In this document: positions 55,701 to 64,000 of the stretch, piece after piece | Position numbering within the stretch: the stretch's first letter is position 1 | Layout: every line of letters begins with the position of its first letter | Origin: Lingula anatina | Taxonomy: Eukaryota; Animalia; Brachiopoda | NCBI GenBank assembly: GCA_051362555.1 | Contig: CM120644.1 | Coordinates: forward strand, 5,278,954 to 5,342,953 | Length of the DNA stretch: 64,000 nucleotides | Reading direction: 5' to 3' | Notes under the pieces: model-generated | What the model was told of the DNA's origin: nothing | Databases searched by the model: none | What the model saw: the letters and a program-made list of their open reading frames with translations, nothing else | Position numbers and translations under genes: made by a program

Positions 55701-58700
55701 TTGAGTTCGTCCTGTCAGCACCGCTTATTGGTAGAGTGGAGGCCGTGGCATGCCCAAGTGACTGCCAGAATTATCCTAAGGAAAATGTCAAACTGGCAGC
55801 TCACGCGGGACTTCCCGAGACTTACGACGGAGACCTGTACATTCGGGTACCATTGACCAATTTGGAAAAAAAATGGAACCTGTTTAGCGTTGAGGGAAAC
55901 CAATTTGACAAGAGGTAAGTCCGTGATCTCTGGTATTTGTAGAAGAAATTATAAACAATCTGGGTAAAGGAAATGTATTTCATGCTATTACGTGTTTGAT
56001 TCCATGTTGAGAAAATATCATTTTTTATAAATGCAATACGATATGTAATGAATTGAATGAGATGTGTCGTTTATAAGGGGTGGGATATTCCGAACACGTT
56101 TTCAAACATGGTCAGACACCAACAGCGTAACTTGGTGCCATTTTGCAAAATCAGTTTGTTTTTTGTTTTTTTTTCAATATTAATTCGTGAATGTGACCTG
56201 AATATACCAGTTTTACCTCGTTGCGGTCACGTAAGAGCTATCCTTGAACTGATTTTAATCATAATTCATTTTCTTTTCAACAGTAAGTGTCTTGAATGGG
56301 AGCCCTTTCCGCCGTGTGAAGATGCACCTACAGCCACACCTACTTTAACACCTTCTATGTCTTCTACCGTAATATCTACTTATACCGTGACACCTACTAT
56401 ATCACCTACTGATACACCTATAACGCCAACTTTGCCATATACTATAACACCAACTTCCACACCTGTGGACGAACCATCAAGTGATACGGATTCAACAGTG
56501 AACGGTGATCCCCACATGATAACATTTGATGGTGCTAAAATTACTTACGACGGCACTTGCCGATATCTACTAACAGGACTATGTCCGATTTTTAAGGTAG
56601 GTACATATATCTTACTTTTTCCTTTAACGTCCCTTGCCTGTCTCCCATTCTCTCTCTCTCTCTCCCCAGCGGGCAAATTTTGTTGTTTTAACGTTGAAAC
56701 AACGTTGAACCATAACGTTGAAAAGACATTGAATAAACGTTGGATTTGAAAGTTGTGTCAACCTCAGATAACAACGTTGTATCAACGTCAGAAAACAATG
56801 TTATATCAACCCCACCCAGCGGGAAATTTGCCTGGACGTGTTTAGCAGGAGGACATGTTTGATGGCTAAATATATGTAGGGTATAAATGTATGGCCTTTA
56901 AGTTAAATTTTCCAAGGTTTAGATTAATATATATAGATCTTGTATATATATGTAACAAGGTCAGAGTCACCTCAACCTGCCTACCTATAAAAGGTTACCA
57001 AGAACTGTTAACTCTATCACATTTACAGCAACTTATTCATCCTAGTGTTAGCTGACCTTGCAAACAATTCAGTTTATTGGAATGTATTTCTGAATAACAA
57101 GTTAATAAAATTCACTAGTTAACTAAAGACACAAAACAACTGTCACTTTTACTTTAAAACCATTTTGTTATTATTTTGATAAATTTAGTTAAAGTATTGA
57201 TAAACAAAGTATCACGTTTTCAATAATTAATATTTTAAATTACAATCCATAACTGCAAGGTTGTGTCATTGACCAAAATACAACGTTGAGTCAACGTGGC
57301 TGGATCAACGTTGATTTAACTTTGAATTTAGGTAGATCAACGGCAATTCAACGTATCAACCTGTTTTCAACGTTGATCCAACGCAACTATGCCTGCTGGG
57401 CTCTCTCTCTCTCTCTCTCTCAATAATAACTGCATGAAAGCATAAACCAAAGCTGAATTTCATGAAGGTGACAAGGTAACGAGAATGAATACAACTCAAA
57501 CCACGCGGGAAACTATAACATATAGAATTAAATTATTGAGTTTGGATAGATTCACATAACATCATAGCTTTGTTAGACCCGGAACATGTATAATTACCCC
57601 AGTGACTGAAATACACTGTCTATTATTGTTTTGTTACATGATTGGTCACAAAGTCAACACAATATAATTTTGACCTCACGTGACTGTCTCTTGAAAATCT
57701 AAATTTGTGATCATGTAGCAAATTGACTGCAAATTGAATGCATTCCCTATTGAAATGTTGAGTCCTGTTAAATGTATATCTGCCAAGGGTGACGCCGAAC
57801 ATTTTACCTTGAGCGGCAGGAACATTCAGAAACGCCAGGGTACGTTTGTGGAAGATGTCTTGTTGACTTTATATGGACATCGACTTCACCTGTCACACGA
57901 GGGGATAGTCAGTGTACGTATGATGTTTTTAGGTACATTTGTTGATTTTGCATACCTAAGATAAGATAAGTGAGAGGCTATAAAAAAACATGTCTTAGCA
58001 ATGTATAAAATAACGTTATAAGAAAAACCTATATATCAGAGGGGGCTACAAAAATAAATTTGACATCCATTATTTTTATCACAATAAATAAGAGGCGTTC
58101 AGATAATGTTTTTAAAAATCCCTTTTTTCACTACAGATGGATGAAAAAGAAGTATTACTACCTTTTTGGAACGGCCGTATTAACATAACAAAGACTGTAC
58201 TCGCCAACACACATGCACGGGTGTCTAAAAGTTTAATGTTTGAACCCGTGCTGCGTCTGGAGACGGCCGCCTTAATAAACATCACGTTTACTGTCCGTCA
58301 CCCAGACAGCGATGGCAAACATCATCTAAGGATGGAAATTCCTGGGCAATATCGAGGAAAACTGTGTGGCCTGGCTCAGAATTTCAACGGCGACCCTTCT
58401 GATGACTACCGCCTGTGTGACGGACAGGACATCCGCCATATTGCGCCTGCTCAGATACGGGACCAAATCATAGCAGAGAGTTGTCGTGTTTGGGATGAGG
58501 TCGACGGTCCAAGGTGAGAGTGGGGTATAGAAATTACTTCTTACCAGTTGAAGAGTAATTTTATCTTAAATTTCAATTCAGTGGACTCAGCTTGAGATAC
58601 TGTACCAGCCTCGATCATTGTTGTTAACGCACTTGTTTACGCACTTTATATTGCATATATGTCTGACAGTCAAAGATAGAGGCAGAGTAAGTTGCAGCAC

Positions 58701-58871
58701 TTCATACAAAAAGCCCCCTGTGCTAACAGATGGGTTTTGCAGTCATTTTCTGTCGTAAGTTATAGCATAAAATTGAGAGGAATTCACCACTGCCGTTTTC
58801 TGTAAAACAGAAAAATAATCTATGAAAACCTTTATATGGTGACCACTTTATCTTTCAGCCCCATTTGTTAG
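43778..58871 (+). CDS. Gene C: paralog of gene B (~945 aa), secreted glycoprotein with short Thr/Pro linker and C-terminal VWD domain
   Basis: Exons 43778-43825, 46117-46354, 46628-46921, 47277-47523, 48234-48378, 48923-49117, 49592-49755, 52632-52782, 54727-54825, 55167-55365, 55686-55914, 56284-56596, 57788-57913, 58137-58513, 58859-58871. They sum to 2838 nt; exons 1-11 and 13 match gene B in length. Signal peptide MDASACKQRNVLSWLLVFYVIMVRHSVQS; motif GDPHMITFDG. Confidence 0.9.
43954..44708 (+). mobile_element. 5' half of a Tc1/mariner element (family 2) in gene C intron 1
   Basis: TA+CAGACTTTGCATTTAA start; highly similar to 29716-30450; truncated after GGGGACCACGTGCGTTTG. Confidence 0.85.
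51064..52196 (+). mobile_element. 5'-truncated L1/Tx1-clade LINE in gene C intron 7
   Basis: ORF 51170-52000 encodes the ORF2 C-terminus with CCHC zinc finger CTFCNDPKETLLHIFWDC. It is followed by a 3'UTR, AATAAA and poly(A). TSD AACTTTTGGGTTCAG at 51049-51063 and 52197-52211. Confidence 0.93.
52941..54587. mobile_element. Fold-back Tc1-derived element in gene C intron 8
   Basis: TA-flanked TIR CAGCATTGGTCAAAAAGGTTGTCCCACCCCCATTTCCATGTACTTTTATT. Inverted similarity extends ~650 bp and includes the transposase C-terminal motif (SPDINPTEHLWHKLE at ~54040). Confidence 0.9.
56664..57400 (-). mobile_element. MITE (CCCCAGC...GCTGGG, 2-bp TSD CT) inserted in a (CT)n tract in gene C intron 12
   Basis: Same termini as 17163-17353 in opposite orientation; CT repeats on both sides. 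Confidence 0.85.
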
Positions 58872-59111
58872 ACGACTTAGATGACAGCAGACGAATGAAC
58901 ATGTACCAGACTGGACACTGAATTTAACCCGACATCGTTACTTATCCTCCACCCACAGTCATTCTTTCAAGAAAGCTGAGTTATTCAAGAAAGAATTACC
59001 GGTTGTAATCCTCGTTATGATTTGATTTTCAACCATTGCTATGATTGAACGGCTTATTGATAACTGTGCAATGGAGCGCCAATTTTACAGAATAACTGCA
59101 AAGATCACACA

Positions 59112-59117
59112 AATAAA
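59112..59117 (+). terminator. Likely polyadenylation signal of gene C
   Basis: AATAAA ~240 nt after the stop, followed by TTTGTTGTT. The homologous position in gene A (~5866) reads AATAAG. Confidence 0.55.
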
Positions 59118-60928
59118 TTCACAAACTTTGTTGTTCGTATAGCTAAATGTAACCTTTTTAAATTCATATTGTTATGTGGATCACTTACGTAACTTGACCT
59201 CGACAAACAAGGGATATCTCTTGCATTTTACCTGAAAATTAGGTTGAAATATCGAAAGTGGGCGGACTTTATAGTATGACCAAAATATCAAGTGGGATAG
59301 CTAAATGTTATCGAAATGTTCGATACATTTATATATATGATTATCAAATTACCAAAGTGGGATAGCTAAATATCAAAATATCAAACTGGGATAGCTGTAT
59401 ATTATATTATTAAAATATCAAGTAGGGAGTTTTATATTATTTAAGCAAAATATCAAAGTGGGATAACTTTATATAATATTACCAAAATATCAAAGTGGGA
59501 TATCTATATATTGTGTTATCCAGGTATCAAAGTGGGATAGCTTTATATAATATTATCAAAATATTAAAGTGGGAAGGTTTTATACAATATCATCAAAATT
59601 TCAAACTCCAAAGCTTAATTTCATATCACTGAAATATCAAGTTCCGTAGGATTATCATATTGAAAAATCAAAATGGAAAAGGTTTACCCAGTACTCATGA
59701 AATATCAATGTGAGATCGGTTGATATAATTTATATAATATATGAAAGTGATACAGATCGATACAATATTGATGACATATCATAGTTGGATATATTTAGAT
59801 GCTATCAATTCCACACAAAATTTAAAATAAAATGTTACTGGTTAACTGTTGACTTTAATAGATTTTATCAGTATTTTATTTTACTGACGACTGGGTTAAT
59901 AAAAAGTAACATGATTTAAAATAATTTCCATCATAAATATGCGATGCTCTCTCTTATAAACATTTTGCTGTGAATCAGGAAAGTTTCAACTCCTAACTCC
60001 CTTGGTCTTATGGTGTCGTGGTCCCATGATGACACATTAAAATCATCCCCCCACAGACAGTCCAAACCTCTAGTTGCACTACATTATCGAAGTGCCCATG
60101 CGCATCCCTGTCAATCACCAAATATAAAATTTTGGGCGCGTTTCAGGATTTTACCGGCAGCGGGATCTGCAGAGAGGTTGGGTTGGGTGTCGAGGAGACA
60201 TGTTTAAAACGAGTCGGACGCGATTTGGGATTTTTTTCTATTCATGTCGGCGCCATATTGGCATTAACATTTTCATTTTTTATAGTCAATGTTTTGTCAA
60301 AAACAGGGCGCCTTCTTACGGGCATGGTTCCACGGTATACGTACCGATGAATCGAAGACAACCGAATTCGAAAAAGGCCAGGCGTTTCCCGTGTGCCATA
60401 TGTTATATATAAAAGACTAGCTTCGGAGCATATTCCTCAGTCAGTCCTAACTGGCATTTACAGACCGCAATCGTTTGTAACTGAGAGAGGCTTTTTGTGT
60501 TTTCCCCTTTTAAATGCTAGTACGAAAATAAATAATACTTTTAAATAAATAAATAAATAAAAATACTTTTAATAAATAATAGTTTAATTTTACCTCAGTG
60601 TGAAATATCGAGTGACATCCCGTGGTCGTCGTATGCTTTGTATGCGAAGACTTGTTATTGAGAAAGGACCATTTTCGCGCGAAATTCAAAATTCCATGTT
60701 CATATGGCCAGAGATAAAATCCCTTGATATGGCCAACTAGAGTCAATTTCGGGGCAGTGTGACGTCAGGATTGGCACTGGCACAAATGCTGCCGTCCGTT
60801 TAATGGGCCAATGCCAGGAATCCACGACAAAAGTCGATCCCAATGTACAGACACTTTGTATAAAGGTCTATGTAAAAAGAATGAAGACACAGCACACTGC
60901 AAACTGACAGAATGACTCTAATGATTAA

Positions 60929-61270
60929 AGGGATAATAACTCTTCGTATGAGATCTATATTTCACAATAAAAACATTGTGAATAACTCATAGAAATATAA
61001 TATATTCTGTTTTACGACAAAAATAGCAGTTGTAGCTATTATTCTGATATCTGAGCTTGTCAAGTGATCCTCCACTGATGGCTTTACTCTGTTATAATCT
61101 CTTAAGAGATTTTAACAAAAAACCAAACTTTTTAGAAAAAAAAAAAAAAAAAAACCAGGGACTAACTTTGAATGTAAAAATGGATTCATTACACATTGGT
61201 AAGTATGGGGAAATTGTTGTTCACTCCAGGAAAATTCATTTTTTGGCAAAAACGAAGAGTTATTATCCCT
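60929..61270. mobile_element. Kolobok-like MITE with TTAA TSD
   Basis: TTAA-AGGGATAATAACTCTTCGT ... ACGAAGAGTTATTATCCCT-TTAA: a perfect 19-bp TIR. Confidence 0.85.
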
Positions 61271-63027
61271 TTAAATCAAAAACGTCTCTGTAACACGAAC
61301 ACCCGAGAGATCAGCGGGTGAATTCATGGGAAGATACACAGCTCAGGTAGTAAGTTTATGGGAGGACATAGAATTATATAAATGTCCAATGGTTTTCATA
61401 TAATTAAAATTGGTGAATAAACCGTTATGCATAAGATTCGAAAAAGTATGTAGAAATAATGAATAAGAAAGTTTCAACAAGCCCATACGGCTGACTTGGG
61501 GGAGAAATCCATTAGAGGCTTTAATTACCCCTTTAATTGATGCAATCTTATGCTGGGATCTCGCTAATAGCTGCATTTGGTAACAACCTGTAGCACTTCA
61601 TCTGTGGCCTTCTGTGACAGAAACTCATAACACGTACAGAAAGCAATTAAAGAAGTTTAACACAATCATAATGGTCCGACCTTTTATTTTGCAACTGAAC
61701 TATCATAACACAAGAACGGAAGCAGTTTGGAATTTACGCGTTACTCTCAGTCGAAAACGTTACTCAATAACACGTGAATGCCAACAAGTGACAGGTTTAT
61801 TCAGTCATAAAATATTGTTTAGATGTGTTGCTTCGTTATAAGATAATGGAATCTAAATCAAAGGTCTACCCTATGTAAAAAATTATAAACGTGCCAACTT
61901 CATAACATACATGTAACACGCAGCGTTTCCTTTATATATTTCATTCAGGAATGACATAAGCAGAAGCGAAAAAAATTATATTCGATTTAGCTTTACTTTC
62001 AAGATCTATTGATATTTTATCACCCTCCCAGTGACAGTTAAATTTTCCTATTCGAATTATTTTACCCATACAATGTTTATGAAAACACACCGTCACGTTT
62101 AATTCCGATACAAAAGCATTATTGGTCAGCCTCAGTCTATACGAGACAGTATTATACATGAGTTTGTCCCTGTGTGTCTTATGGTATATAATAAAGATAT
62201 ATGATTGAACGCAGAGGTCACTCATCTTCGCCATTTATTTCTTCTTCTGGGTTTACCTACTGCGATCTCCTCCTTGTCTGAAAACATAAAACTCGATTGT
62301 CATGCATATGTTCACAAAACATAAAGACAAAGGCTAGGACTGTGCGTGTTGATACTCTCTGTAATCTTAGTGGTGGACGCTGATGTCCCCTACAAGAACG
62401 GACAAAATATATAAATCGCCCATCCTGTACTTAAATGCACTGGGTATTGGCAGTGAAGATAAAAAATATATATATATAAAACTAGGTCCCTGAGGCACCC
62501 TATATTGGTCACTGGGTTTATATAAACTTATCTATTCCATGCAGGGGTTAAGGTCTATGTAAGTATCCCCCGTCCCTAAAAATATGAATCCTAGCCCACA
62601 TTGACTATCTACGTTCTCAAATAGTTAGGAAATCTGACTGTAATTTTAGACATTTTTTTGTTTCACTGCTAACACCTTTGATTAAACACTTAAAAGCATT
62701 GTAAAAAGGTTGACATTTGGATAATATATACTATTTTTTACCACAACCTACAATGTAAGGTCATAATCGTCTTTGTTTTTCTTAAATAACATTAAAATTC
62801 GTGTGCGACTTTATAATTTCAAAACCAACAAAAAATAAATTCAAACATTTGCTTTAGAAATAATAATTTCTATAAGCAGAATTTCTTTCTTGGACATATG
62901 AAAAAAAAAAAGAAAAGAAAAGAAAATGAGCACAATGGTCTGACTATGGAGAGTTTCAGTAACGCCACACCACAATAACCACACGTGCACATGCCTGCTC
63001 ACTCACCCGAACAAAACCCACCTTAGC

Positions 63028-63653
63028 CTAATGATTCGAAGCGAACTTTGGCGACTTCACACCACAAACTCCGTACTCGTCGTGCACCTGGCAGAAGCCT
63101 CTCCCAAAGTCGTTATTTCTTGTCCCCGAGCCGCAGCGAACACGGACGCTCTTGCTGTAGGAACACTTAACGAAGTTGCACCTGCTGTCGATGTACGGGA
63201 ATACTGCCAGCCAAGGTCCCTCTAGGTTATAGTCTCCGTCTGGGAGATGAGCACACGGATCTACGTGTTCAGAATTCAATAGAAATATCTTGTGTTGAAA
63301 TTAGTTCACCTTTTCACTTCTGCGGTATTTTTGAGTAAACTTATCAAAGTTAAGGAGATAAAGTCACTAAAAGGCGTGAATAGGATGATTATTGACGGTC
63401 ATACTTTATGGGAGGGATTTTGATCGTGTTTAATTTAGAATAAAATACATTTCCATGTTATGCTATGCGCCATATTTACCTGCGTCATTCATTCAAATTT
63501 ACTCTTTTTACGAAACCAATGAAGATCAAATGTTTATAAAAAGATACATTTAAATAATGCTTTTAATATCAGTCACGAGATCGCCTTCTTTTGGAATAAA
63601 TCGCTCGAAATCGATGCCTTAAACTGTGTGTATGCGCGTGAGCGCGCGCGTGC

Positions 63654-63705
<52 letters not shown>

Positions 63706-63842
63706 GGTGTGATATTATCTACCTGCAACGACAAGCCCTCCAGACGGAATATAAAATCCACCACTTGGATAATCTGGGTGTTTGTCTCCTCCGACTGCAT
63801 TCTGATACCAGCTCTTGGCAGATGCTCCTGCTGCGGATAGAC
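63028..63842 (-). CDS. Small secreted protein with a divergent chitin-binding type-2 (peritrophin-A)-like Cys domain; first exon outside the window
   Basis: Minus-strand exon 63842-63723 (phase 1-1) encodes GLSAAGASAKSWYQNAVGGDKHPDYPSGGFYIPSGGLVVA. Exon 63260-63028 encodes DPCAHLPDGDY...SRCNFVKCSYSKSVRVRCGSGT...GFCQVHDEYGVC. Splice sites are GT-AG and the domain has six Cys. Confidence 0.7.
63625..63706. repeat. Compound (TG)n(AG)n microsatellite
   Basis: Direct reading; intronic in the minus-strand gene. Confidence 0.95.
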
Positions 63843-64000
63843 CTACCACCAAAATAAAAAGGAGACTTTTCATCTTGATTTTTCCACTCACTTTTCTTGT
63901 CTTTCAACGGCAACAAAGAACCTTTCAATTCCTCTCTGATTCAATTTCTGTTTAACTGACCACACGGTGCTTTATTTCCCGTGACAGAGGGGGTCGGACG

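Noticed and set aside
59960-62200. Short ORFs of 60-100 aa here and throughout introns and intergenic DNA
   Set aside because: No motifs, splice support or paralog conservation; expected by chance, and many use non-ATG starts.

Overview
AT-rich, intron-containing animal (marine-invertebrate-like) genomic DNA. The core is a + strand tandem array of three paralogs of an uncharacterised secreted glycoprotein. Gene B (10720-25080, 15 exons, ~1003 aa) and gene C (43778-58871, 15 exons, ~945 aa) are complete, and their exons 1-11 have identical lengths. Gene A is present only as its 3' end (1-5736). The architecture is: signal peptide; three Cys-containing internal repeats; a furin-type site; a beta-rich domain with a Trp-rich amphipathic helix; a Thr-rich stalk; and a GDPH-type VWD domain. 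The paralogs are mosaics. Gene A has a ~5 kb N-T-T-rich mucin stalk and has lost the VWD by fusion to 3'UTR-derived sequence. Gene B has a visible C-type/A-type recombination junction in intron 11. B and C share a 101-nt identical tract. Introns and intergenic DNA hold many mobile elements: Tc1/mariner relics (one a fold-back), a 6.3 kb Academ-like element carrying a Penelope GIY-YIG fragment and a minimal hammerhead ribozyme, Harbinger-, Kolobok- and Helentron-like non-autonomous elements, and a 5'-truncated L1/Tx1 LINE with a TSD. A small secreted chitin-binding-type-2-like gene lies on the - strand at the right edge. All gene models and family calls were made by eye, with no database search.
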